Assembly (NCBI GenBank): GCA_943349075.1
Contig: CALQYY010000002.1
Coordinates: forward strand, 1 to 42,993
Reading direction: 5' to 3'
DNA: 42,993 nucleotides
Source: Candidatus Magasanikiibacteriota bacterium
GTDB taxonomy: Bacteria > Patescibacteriota > Patescibacteriia > Magasanikbacterales > 2-02-FULL-50-9b
Shown here: positions 8,241 through 16,746 of the stretch, piece by piece
Layout: every line of letters begins with the position of its first letter
How positions within the stretch are numbered: the first letter of the stretch is position 1
Translations under genes and position numbers: made by a program
The notes under the pieces: model-generated
The model's database searches: none
The model's input: the letters and a program-made list of their open reading frames with translations, nothing else
What the model was told of the DNA's origin: nothing

Positions 8241-10370
8241 ATGCAATTAGCGAAAAAAATATCGCAGATTTCGATGATTTTGGTCTTGCTTACGCCGCTT
8301 GTTGTATATTCTGGCGTACAATTTTCATTTTCGATTCCACGGTGGGTTTGGCTGCTTGGGACCGTTTCTGTTTTTTTTGTGGCGTCGCTTGCTGCGGGAC
8401 ACGGATCTGATAAATGGAAAATCACAAAAATCGATCTCGTATATAGCGCGCTCATATTACTTATGTGCGCATCGCTTTTTGTAACAACAGACATTCGCCA
8501 AACGCTCTGGAGTAGTGCAGCGCGGACAACCGGTCTCGTATTGTATGTTCTTGGTTTTTTGTGGTTTGTTGGTGCGCGCATGCAAAATTTTTCGGCAGAG
8601 GCATGGAGAAGATATTTTTTGATCGTAGTTGGTGTTGCAGGGTTTGCATCGATGTGGGGAATTTTTGATATGTTCGTGCTGAAAGATGCGGGAATGGTGG
8701 CGGGTCAAGGACGCCTCAGCATTCCTGCGGGTAATGCGCTCATTTTTGCAACATATCTTGCGCCGATTCTTTTTATTGCAGCGTTTTTGTTTGCCGAGCG
8801 CGCGAAAGCAAATTTTGCGAAGTGGCAATATATTTTGGTTGGTGTTGGCTCTGTGTTTATCGCAGTTGCGGTAGGTCTTACATATTCTCGCTCATCTTAT
8901 ATAGGTGTGGTGGCTGGGGTACTTATTGGACTGATCGGCTACGGCACCACTATACTTCGGTCTAATAATCGCGTTGCATCGCGTCGTTTAGTGGCGGCAG
9001 CGTTAATTATTTTTTTGGGTACAGGATCTTTTTATACATACGCCGTGCAGGCAAATTTGGGCGGAGGTCGTTTGAAGATCACGTCAGATTCTTTTTTAAC
9101 GCTCCGAACCCGATTTATTAATTGGAAGATCGCGTTTCGATCGATTCAGGAACATCCAGTTGTTGGAGTTGGTTGGGAAAATTATCGATCAGCAGTCGAT
9201 CGTTTATTTGATCCATCGCTTTCAACATATTCATATTATGAAACGCGCATCGATAAACCTCACAATGTGATTCTTGAGGTTTGGGCAACATTGGGGACTG
9301 TTGGTCTTCTCGTTTATTTGGCGTTGATTTATGCGACGATTTTGGCTGCGTGGAGACTTTTCATGCAAAAAAAGATAACGCTGCTTGGTTTTTGGTCGCT
9401 TATCGGGTTTGTTGTTGCATATCATGTTCAAAATCTGTTTGCGTTTGATTCACCACAAACAATTTTTACACAAACTCTTGTTTTGGTATTTTTATCTTCG
9501 CAGGATGACTCGGTTCGTGAGGCATCAGTTAGATTTTTTCCAAAAATACGCACAGGACTTGTAATTATTTGTGCGCTGCTTCTGGGCAGCTTGTTTGTGT
9601 ATGGAGGCTTTGCGCCGCTGCGCACGATGTGGTACATAAATAGAGGGCTTGTCGCAGCTCAGGCGCGTGATTTTGATGTCGTTCACTCTTCAATGAAAAA
9701 AGCTTTTGCTGGTGTGCAAGGGCCATACTATTTTGAGACATGGCGATGGTTTGCGGAGTCATTGCTCAAAAATTACGCAAGTGGACAGCAAAAATTATCT
9801 GATTTGTCACCAGAACAGCGCGTGCGATGGGAGGAAGATGTTTTGCAGATTGCGCACCTTACAGAAAAATATGGGAATGAAAATCCTGATTCGTTTGAGT
9901 GGCAAACATTTGCTGGAAAAGTTTCGTATTTTCTTGCGATTGCAAAAAATGATGTAGAGTATCTTGCGCAGGCGAAAAAATATTTTTTGCGTGCATTTGA
10001 GATTTCAAAGGTTCGCCAAGAGCCGCCAATTCTTTTGAGCTATGTTTACGCGCTCGAGGGGAATAATGCTGCAGCTACTGAGTGGTATACGACAGCGGTT
10101 AAACTCTCGGCAACAATAGAGACGGCGAGCGCTTTGGATTGGCTCGTAAACCGGTTTGCGAATGAAAAGGATGTAGCAAACGCAATTTTAGTACTTGAAA
10201 ACACCGTCGAGAGTGCGCCAAACGCAACTGATTATGCACGTCTTGCTGCGGCATATGCAGATGCGTCGCGTTTTGATGATGCGACAAAGGCAGTGCATAA
10301 AGCAGTTGAATTAGATTCAACGTTTGCCGAAGAAGCGGAAAAATTTATTTCAGGATTTACGAAAAAATAA
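8241..10370 (+). CDS. O-antigen-ligase-like (Wzy_C) membrane protein with a C-terminal TPR domain, paralogue 3
   Basis: Motifs are YSRSSYIGVVAG, GVGWENYRSAVDRLF and DKPHNVILEVWATLGTVG. The TPR-like tail reads …FEISKVRQEPPILLSYVYALEGNNAAATEWYTTAVKL…. The ORF track begins at GTG 8226; ATG 8241 is preferred because of the promoter position. Confidence 0.78.
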   Translation: MQLAKKISQISMILVLLTPLVVYSGVQFSFSIPRWVWLLGTVSVFFVASLAAGHGSDKWKITKIDLVYSALILLMCASLFVTTDIRQTLWSSAARTTGLVLYVLGFLWFVGARMQNFSAEAWRRYFLIVVGVAGFASMWGIFDMFVLKDAGMVAGQGRLSIPAGNALIFATYLAPILFIAAFLFAERAKANFAKWQYILVGVGSVFIAVAVGLTYSRSSYIGVVAGVLIGLIGYGTTILRSNNRVASRRLVAAALIIFLGTGSFYTYAVQANLGGGRLKITSDSFLTLRTRFINWKIAFRSIQEHPVVGVGWENYRSAVDRLFDPSLSTYSYYETRIDKPHNVILEVWATLGTVGLLVYLALIYATILAAWRLFMQKKITLLGFWSLIGFVVAYHVQNLFAFDSPQTIFTQTLVLVFLSSQDDSVREASVRFFPKIRTGLVIICALLLGSLFVYGGFAPLRTMWYINRGLVAAQARDFDVVHSSMKKAFAGVQGPYYFETWRWFAESLLKNYASGQQKLSDLSPEQRVRWEEDVLQIAHLTEKYGNENPDSFEWQTFAGKVSYFLAIAKNDVEYLAQAKKYFLRAFEISKVRQEPPILLSYVYALEGNNAAATEWYTTAVKLSATIETASALDWLVNRFANEKDVANAILVLENTVESAPNATDYARLAAAYADASRFDDATKAVHKAVELDSTFAEEAEKFISGFTKK

Positions 10371-10373
10371 CGT

Positions 10374-12593
10374 ATGGCAACGATTGTACCAAAAAAAGAA
10401 TTTCGAGAATCTGTCGCGCAGGTTTTGTTATATGCGGCGCTCATAACTCCGCTCATTGTTGGATCATCGTTTTCAATTTTCCCATTTATTTTTCCGAAAG
10501 TAATGTACTTTGAAATTGTTGCGGGTCTTCTTGCGGCAGTTTTGACTCCAATTATTTTGAAAAAGAAGTTGTACAGTGTGACGAATATATATGCATACGC
10601 AATGGGTACCTATGCGGTTGTTTTAGGGATTTCGGGTATCACTGCGTTTGATTCGAGTCGCGCATTTTGGAGTAATTTTGAGCGAATGACCGGAATCGTT
10701 TTTATTTGGTTTGCTATATTGTTTTCAGTTTTAGTAACTGCATATTTCAGCGCAAATATTAATAAACTTCGTGGATTTCTCTCGTATCTTGTCGGAATTT
10801 CCGTAGTTGTTGCGTTTTCAGGCATTATTCAGCGGTTTGATTCTACATTTTTGATGCATCAAGGAACGCGCGTTGCGGGAACTTTTGGTAACCCAATTTA
10901 TCTCGGTGGGTTTTGTGCTCAGCTTGCGCTTATTGCGGGATATTTGGCCTACATAAATCGAGATAAAGCTGTGAAGTGGTGGTATCTTTTTGCAGTACTT
11001 GCTAATTCGATTGCAATTTATTTGAGCGGAACACGCAGTGCTCTTGTTGGTTTGTTTGGTGCGCTTGTGATCATTGGAATGTATGGCGGCAGTAGGTTAT
11101 GGATGCACGGGAAAAAACAGCTTGTGGTTTCACTTCTTATTGGTATCGGTGCTGTTGTTGGAATATTATTTGCACTTCCACACTATATTCCATCGCTCCA
11201 AGGAACGATGCTTGAACGCATGACTAATGTTTCTAGTGCGCTGAGCACAACAGGCTCAACACGTCTTATCGCGTGGAAAATCGCGATTAAAGGATTTTTG
11301 GAGAGACCTGTATTTGGTTGGGGACCTGAGAATTTCTTTTTTGTTTTCAATAAATACTACGACCCAAAGTCGTTGTTGCATGGAAGCTATGAAACTTGGT
11401 TTGATCATGCACACAACGCTGTTTTTGATGTACTGGTAACACAAGGTTTTGTTGGATTTGCGGTCTATCTTTTTCAGTACGGACTTATTCTGTGGATGTG
11501 TTATAAAACAAGAAGTGCTGATGAAAATGAAAATATTTTGTCGGTAGTTTTGGCTGGTATTTTTGTACTGCATTTCATTCACAATTTTTTTGTGTTCGAT
11601 CATCCAGGCTCGTATGTTGAGTTTTATGCGCTCGGTGCGATTGTTGCTGCGCGATATGTTGTGATGAAACGGACGCAGGTATTAAATACCAATGAACCGC
11701 AGATAAGAAATGTTGGCGAAGCCGCGGGGCATATGGTGAGTGTTGCTGCGATTTTGCTCACAGTATATGTTGTTGTGCCATCGTTTCGCCAAAACTATTT
11801 AGATTTAAAGGCGCAAGTTGCGGCTGGGACGGATTTGAATGTGACGCAGAAATATTTTAAGGAGGCCCTCGCGGTGAATGGACCTCACATGACGGATGTT
11901 TTAATGGATGTTGGTCGAATTGGTCAAAGAATTCCGCTCGTTGTTAATGGAGGACAATCGTTTTTAAGCATTCCGATGTTCAAAAATTATTACGATTTTA
12001 CTTTTCAATCACTCGATCAAGTGATTAGTAAATATGAGCCGGGTAATGTTTTGGCGGCAATTATGAAGGGGCAACTCCTCATGAATGTTGCGCAGACGGG
12101 GAATGTTGCAGCAATTGAGGAGGGAAGCGCGGCATTTAAATATGCGACGTCGCTCAGTCCTGATCGTCAACAGATTGCATACTCATGGGCACACCTTTTG
12201 CTCATGAAAAACGATGTAGCGGGTGCAAAAAAATTGCTTGAAGGAGTGAACGCAAAAGAACCAGGAATTGGTATTGGGCATTGGTATCTTGCTCTCATTT
12301 ATATCGATACTGAGCCAGAGAAAGCAGCAGACGAGGTTGATCTCGCCTTAAAAAATGGGCATAATATTACAGCGCCAGAAAATCGATTACTTGCGGGGTT
12401 AGCATACAAGCGTGCGGGCCGCACACAAAAAGCTGTCGAGTTGTTTACACTCGGAATAAATGATGCGGCAACGCGAAATTGGAATGCCGAGCTTGTGCTT
12501 GCGGCAGACAGTACATTCGCTGAGATGAAACTTGTAGAAGAACAAAAAAAGTTACGCGCTTTGTTTCCCGAAGTTTTTAAAATAAAAAAATAG
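10374..12593 (+). CDS. O-antigen-ligase-like (Wzy_C) membrane protein with a C-terminal TPR domain, paralogue 4
   Basis: Motifs are GTRSALVGLFGA, GWGPENFFFVFNKYY and DHAHNAVFDVLVTQGFVG. The TPR-like tail reads …SLSPDRQQIAYSWAHLLLMKNDVAGAKKLLEG…. It starts 3 nt after the stop of paralogue 3. Confidence 0.78.
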   Translation: MATIVPKKEFRESVAQVLLYAALITPLIVGSSFSIFPFIFPKVMYFEIVAGLLAAVLTPIILKKKLYSVTNIYAYAMGTYAVVLGISGITAFDSSRAFWSNFERMTGIVFIWFAILFSVLVTAYFSANINKLRGFLSYLVGISVVVAFSGIIQRFDSTFLMHQGTRVAGTFGNPIYLGGFCAQLALIAGYLAYINRDKAVKWWYLFAVLANSIAIYLSGTRSALVGLFGALVIIGMYGGSRLWMHGKKQLVVSLLIGIGAVVGILFALPHYIPSLQGTMLERMTNVSSALSTTGSTRLIAWKIAIKGFLERPVFGWGPENFFFVFNKYYDPKSLLHGSYETWFDHAHNAVFDVLVTQGFVGFAVYLFQYGLILWMCYKTRSADENENILSVVLAGIFVLHFIHNFFVFDHPGSYVEFYALGAIVAARYVVMKRTQVLNTNEPQIRNVGEAAGHMVSVAAILLTVYVVVPSFRQNYLDLKAQVAAGTDLNVTQKYFKEALAVNGPHMTDVLMDVGRIGQRIPLVVNGGQSFLSIPMFKNYYDFTFQSLDQVISKYEPGNVLAAIMKGQLLMNVAQTGNVAAIEEGSAAFKYATSLSPDRQQIAYSWAHLLLMKNDVAGAKKLLEGVNAKEPGIGIGHWYLALIYIDTEPEKAADEVDLALKNGHNITAPENRLLAGLAYKRAGRTQKAVELFTLGINDAATRNWNAELVLAADSTFAEMKLVEEQKKLRALFPEVFKIKK

Positions 12594-12597
12594 AAAC

Positions 12598-13737
12598 ATG
12601 AAAAATCTTACTGATACGCGGCCGCATATAGTTATTGCAACAACTGCGTTTGCACCGTTTATTGGTGGTGCTGAAGTGGCAGTTCAGGAAATTATTAAAA
12701 GAACGAGCGATTCGTTTCGATATACTGTTGTGACAGCTCGGATGGATGCTGCATTGTCGGCGCGTGAAACATGGAATGATGTCGATGTCGTGAGAGTTGG
12801 ATGGGGAACGCCACTTGATAAGCTATGGCTCATTGTAATTTTTCCCTGGTACGCGCGAAAGCTGCAGCCGAAACTTGTGTGGGCTGTGATGGCAAGCTAC
12901 GCGGGAGCTGCGGCGTGTTTCAATAAAATTATCAGCGGAAGCTCATACGTGCTCACGCTACAAGAAGGGGATGATTTGAATCGTATCGAACATCGTCTTC
13001 GTTTTGTGATGCTACTCTTCAAGCAGATTTTTACGCGAGCAGAAAGCGTACAAACGATTGCTCATTTTTTGGCGGTGTGGGCAAAAAAAATGGGGGCAAC
13101 GTCGGAGCTAGTCGTTGTTCCGAATGGTGTTTCCTGTGATGCGTTTTTTTTGGAGAATGAGAAAAAACTGGAATACCGGACGGAAGTTCGTGAAGAAAAT
13201 AAAATTCCAGACAGTGCTTTTGTTATTTTATCGGTTTCACGTTTAGTTGAAAAGAATGGTATCAGTGATTTAATTGAAGCGCTTAAAGTGTTGCCCGAAA
13301 TGCACCTACTTTTGGTTGGCGATGGGAATTTGCGGCAAGCGCTTGAAGCGCAGGCAGTATCAATTCAAAACCGCGTTCATTTTTTGGGAACTCAACAGCA
13401 GAGTGAGTTGAAACAGATTGCAGCTGCAGCGGATGTTTTTTGTCGGCCAGCACATTCAGAGGGGCAAGGAATCGCATTTCTTGAAGCTCTTTGTATGGGT
13501 CTTCCGGTTGTTGCGACCAATGTAGGAGGAATCCCTGAGATTATCGAGCACGATGTTCATGGGCTTCTTGTGGAGCCATATCGTATTGAGCAGCTGGCCC
13601 AGGCGCTTGCTACGGTTCAGGGTGATCAGGCTCGCCGCACTCAGATGGTCACCGTAGGCTCAAATCATGTTAAGCAATTTTCGTGGGATTTGCTGGTGCC
13701 ACAAATTAAAAATTGGCTTAGCTCAAATATAAAATAA
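12598..13737 (+). CDS. Glycosyltransferase family 4 (GT-B, Glycos_transf_1)
   Basis: The C-terminal EX7E-type signature is HSEGQGIAFLEALCMGLPVVATNVGGIPEIIEHDVHGLLVEP. It starts 4 nt after the previous stop. Confidence 0.85.
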   Translation: MKNLTDTRPHIVIATTAFAPFIGGAEVAVQEIIKRTSDSFRYTVVTARMDAALSARETWNDVDVVRVGWGTPLDKLWLIVIFPWYARKLQPKLVWAVMASYAGAAACFNKIISGSSYVLTLQEGDDLNRIEHRLRFVMLLFKQIFTRAESVQTIAHFLAVWAKKMGATSELVVVPNGVSCDAFFLENEKKLEYRTEVREENKIPDSAFVILSVSRLVEKNGISDLIEALKVLPEMHLLLVGDGNLRQALEAQAVSIQNRVHFLGTQQQSELKQIAAAADVFCRPAHSEGQGIAFLEALCMGLPVVATNVGGIPEIIEHDVHGLLVEPYRIEQLAQALATVQGDQARRTQMVTVGSNHVKQFSWDLLVPQIKNWLSSNIK

Positions 13738-13799
13738 AAAAGTTGTCTTGACATCTCCGATTGGCTTTTGTTATTGTTAGCAACATATTGTACAAATTT

Positions 13800-14597
13800 A
13801 TGGCAAAAAAATTCGTAATTGGTATCATGGGAGTCGGCATGGTTGGGGGAGCAACAAAGCGCTATTTTGAAACAACAGGACATGAGGTGGTGTCGTACGA
13901 CCCATTTAAAGGTTTTGATGACGCGTCGGTTTTGGAGAGAGCGGATTATATTTTTATCTGTGTTCCAACACCATACCTCGTTGATAACGGGGGTTTTGAT
14001 TTGAGTTTTGTAAAAACTGCAATGGATTTGATTCCAGAAAATAAGGTTGTAGTAATTAAATCAACAGTGCTTCCTGGAACAACTGTTGCGCTTCAGGCTG
14101 AATATCCAAAACTCAAAGTTTTGTTTAATCCAGAATTTTTGACTGAAGAAAGTGCTGATCAGGACATGCGATTTCCTGATCGCCAACTTGTTGGCTATAC
14201 AAAAGAAAGTTACACAGCATCAGCAGATCTCATCATGCTTTTACCGGCAGCACCGTTTGAGCGCGTTTTGCCTGCAACTGAAGCTGAAATGGTGAAGTAT
14301 TTTGGAAACACATGGTTTGCGGTGAAAGTTGTGTTTGCAAACCAGATGTATGATGTGTGTGACAAGCTTGGACTTGATTATGACATGGTTCGCGACGCAG
14401 CAGCAGCTGACAAGCGTATTGGCCGCTCACATCTCGAAATTTTCCACAAAGGTGCTCGTGGATATGGAGGAAAATGCTTGCCAAAAGATACACGCGCGAT
14501 GATTCAGCTTGGTGAGCGTCTTGGTTTATCTCTTGATCTTCTTAAGACAACTGACGCAATCAACAATAAACTTGTTGAAGGCAGCAATAAAAAGTAG
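13800..14597 (+). CDS. UDP-glucose/GDP-mannose dehydrogenase-family protein lacking the C-terminal UDP-sugar-binding domain (265 aa)
   Basis: The Rossmann motif is IGIMGVGMVGGA. Other family motifs are NPEFLTEESADQDMRFPDRQLVG and the catalytic-Cys motif GGKCLPKD. The ORF ends ~30 aa after that Cys. ATG 13800 (MAKKFVIG…) is preferred over the listed 13761 start. Confidence 0.7.
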   Translation: MAKKFVIGIMGVGMVGGATKRYFETTGHEVVSYDPFKGFDDASVLERADYIFICVPTPYLVDNGGFDLSFVKTAMDLIPENKVVVIKSTVLPGTTVALQAEYPKLKVLFNPEFLTEESADQDMRFPDRQLVGYTKESYTASADLIMLLPAAPFERVLPATEAEMVKYFGNTWFAVKVVFANQMYDVCDKLGLDYDMVRDAAAADKRIGRSHLEIFHKGARGYGGKCLPKDTRAMIQLGERLGLSLDLLKTTDAINNKLVEGSNKK

Positions 14598-14598
14598 T

Positions 14599-15972
14599 CT
14601 ATCGACCCTTCCCGTATAAAATTACGTGAAGCGTCTTCAATATAATCGTGATATCGAGCATGAGCGACCTGTTCTTAATATAGAACAGGTCGTATTGAAA
14701 TTTGGTGAGTTGCTGCTCGGTTGTTTCAGCGTATGGGTAGTTGATCTGCGCCCAACCTGTGAGACCTGGTTTAACTAAATTTCGAACGGTGTAGTAGGGC
14801 ATGTGCTTTTCGAACTGCTCAACAAATTGTGGGCGTTCAGGACGTGGGCCAATGATCGACATTTCGCCTTTTAAGACGTTGATGACTTGGGGGAGTTCGT
14901 CGATACGAAGTGAGCGAATAATTTTTCCAATTTTCGTGATGCGAGGATCGTCCTGTGTTGTGAATTGCGCGCCTGAAAGTTCTGCGCCACCGTCTTTTTC
15001 AAGAGCGTGCATGGTGCGAAATTTGATAACTTTAAAGCGGCGACCACTTTTGCCGATGCGCTCTTGCAAATAGAAGAGAGGTCCTGGTGATTGGATCTTT
15101 GTCGCAAGTGCAACAAAAGGGGTTAGCAGTAGAAGTGCTAAGAGACCAAGTGTTGCAAAAACGTAGTCCGCGGCGCGCTGAAAAACCTCGTAAACAGTTG
15201 CGTGGTTTGGTTGCAGGTTTTCGAAAAACCACGAATCTTGGAGTGATGCAAATGAAATTCTGCCGGAGAGCGACTCGAAAAATGCATCTGCTGGCATTGT
15301 ATAGACGTCCCAAAAGAGGAGTTCGTAGAGCTCGCCGTAAAGCTTTGCTGCGCTCGCCTCAGTGTTGAATGGCATAACAATCAGGCCAACGTGGTGTTCG
15401 GAAACAATCGCGCGAATCGGAGTTTTTGTTGAGAATGTTTGGAGACCGTGCTGCTCCTGTTTTTCGTCATCGGAAATAATGCCGATTATTTGATAACCAA
15501 GCTGTGGGTTTTTTTGGAGCGTTGTCAGGAGTGTAATAAGCTCGCTGTTTGGGTTGATAGCGAGTACACGAACACTCGCTCGAACGCTTGAGCTGATAAT
15601 GAAGCGCCAGAGTACAAACATTGCTGCAAAAACAATGCTGAGAATGAACAGGTTGGTTCTCGGTGTAATGTTAAAAATCGGAACAAGATAGAAGAGGGTG
15701 ACTGCGGCACCGACAGCAATAAGCCAGCTTTCGGTGAAGCGACGAAGAAACGCGAGTGAGACTTTTATGTTGAGGAGGTCGTAGAGCCCGTTTACGTAGA
15801 AAATGATGAGCCAAAAAACGAAAATGAGACCCATTGGGAAAAGATGGAGGTTCAGTTGGTGCGCAAAATCTGCCACTCCATAGCGAGCAAGGAGTGTAAT
15901 GGCGAGAGATATGTATAAAACCACGAGATCACCCGTAAGTAAGACGATTTGTCTTGCTTTGACAGCGCGCAT
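14599..15972 (-). CDS. Initiating polyprenyl-phosphate sugar-phosphate transferase (WbaP/EpsB-type 'bacterial sugar transferase')
   Basis: It has N-terminal TM helices. The conserved C-terminal core reads PLFYLQERIGKSGRRFKVIKFRTM…DDPRITKIGKIIRSLRIDELPQ…GEMSIIGPRPERP…KPGLTGWAQI. Confidence 0.88.
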   Translation of the reverse strand: MRAVKARQIVLLTGDLVVLYISLAITLLARYGVADFAHQLNLHLFPMGLIFVFWLIIFYVNGLYDLLNIKVSLAFLRRFTESWLIAVGAAVTLFYLVPIFNITPRTNLFILSIVFAAMFVLWRFIISSSVRASVRVLAINPNSELITLLTTLQKNPQLGYQIIGIISDDEKQEQHGLQTFSTKTPIRAIVSEHHVGLIVMPFNTEASAAKLYGELYELLFWDVYTMPADAFFESLSGRISFASLQDSWFFENLQPNHATVYEVFQRAADYVFATLGLLALLLLTPFVALATKIQSPGPLFYLQERIGKSGRRFKVIKFRTMHALEKDGGAELSGAQFTTQDDPRITKIGKIIRSLRIDELPQVINVLKGEMSIIGPRPERPQFVEQFEKHMPYYTVRNLVKPGLTGWAQINYPYAETTEQQLTKFQYDLFYIKNRSLMLDITIILKTLHVILYGKGR

Positions 15973-15988
15973 ATAAATTCGTTATAAT
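15959..15988 (+). promoter_or_regulatory. Promoter for the TPR/S8-protease/UXS/GT operon
   Basis: TTGACA (15959-15964), an 18-nt spacer, then TATAAT (15983-15988). The -35 and spacer overlap the first codons of the divergent sugar-transferase gene. Confidence 0.55.
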
Positions 15989-15995
15989 TGTGCCT

Positions 15996-16024
15996 GTTAT
16001 ACCAGAAAACTCCATAAATTTCAA
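15996..16024 (-). promoter_or_regulatory. Minus-strand promoter for the sugar-transferase gene
   Basis: On the minus strand: TTGAAA (16024-16019), a 17-nt spacer, then TATAAC (16001-15996). The ATG at 15972 is 23 nt downstream. Confidence 0.5.
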
Positions 16025-16030
16025 GCGACT

Positions 16031-16729
16031 ATGAAGGTCACGCAAAAACAGGCTATTTTGATTGTTGTAGGGCTTTTAATCTGCGCGAGCCTCGGCTTTT
16101 GTGGATACAAATTTTTTAATCGCAGTGTTTCGGTTCCAGACAAGGCTGCACTTGATGGAAAATCAGATTTGCAAGTTGCCTATGACCGCGCCGTTAAGTA
16201 TGAAGCGCTTGTTACGGAAAAACCAACGGAAATACAAAACTATTTAGCAGCAGCATCTGCGTGGAAATTAATCGGTGACGCAACACATGATGACGTCTGG
16301 TACGAGCTCTCGCTTCAGGCATATGAGCGTGGCATAACGATTACGAAACGAAAAAATTCGTTGTTTCTTTCAAATGCAGGTCAGATTGAGGAGCAGATGG
16401 GAAACTATTCGAAAGCAAAATCATACTATTTGGAGTCAATTGATTTGTCACCGGGTGATACAAGTTACCACCTCATGCATATCAATTTGCTGCGCTACAA
16501 ATACAAAGCAGATCCAAGCGAAATTCTTGCAGCGTACGAACTTGGTATGAACCGTGTGCTCGGTGGTGCGGACTTAATTTCAAGCCGGTCGCAATATTTT
16601 AAGGCGATTGGCCGATATGCTGATGCACGTCGCGATCTTGAATTATTGCTCACCAATAATGTGATAACTCAACAGCAGATGGACAGTGAATTGCTTGAGA
16701 TGAAAAATTTGGAAGAGGCGGCTAATTAA
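16031..16729 (+). CDS. Membrane-anchored TPR-repeat protein
   Basis: The single N-terminal TM helix is ILIVVGLLICASLGFCGY. TPR-like repeats follow (…NAGQIEEQMGNYSKAKSYYLESIDLSPGDTSYHL…). Confidence 0.7.
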   Translation: MKVTQKQAILIVVGLLICASLGFCGYKFFNRSVSVPDKAALDGKSDLQVAYDRAVKYEALVTEKPTEIQNYLAAASAWKLIGDATHDDVWYELSLQAYERGITITKRKNSLFLSNAGQIEEQMGNYSKAKSYYLESIDLSPGDTSYHLMHINLLRYKYKADPSEILAAYELGMNRVLGGADLISSRSQYFKAIGRYADARRDLELLLTNNVITQQQMDSELLEMKNLEEAAN

Positions 16730-16746
16730 AACTAACGAAAACGAGT

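Noticed and set aside
8153-8581. 142-aa minus-strand ORF spanning the divergent promoter region and the 5' end of paralogue 3
   Set aside because: It overlaps two predicted promoters and a conserved paralogue N-terminus. It has no SD and its composition is atypical.
13761-13799. Upstream alternative starts listed in the ORF track: 13761, 33455 (GTG), 22988 (TTG), 8226 (GTG) and 20413 (TTG)
   Set aside because: In each case a downstream ATG gives the canonical family N-terminus. The upstream codons fall inside a predicted promoter (33455, 8226, 22988) or overlap the preceding gene (20413). The choices remain uncertain without TSS or proteomic data.
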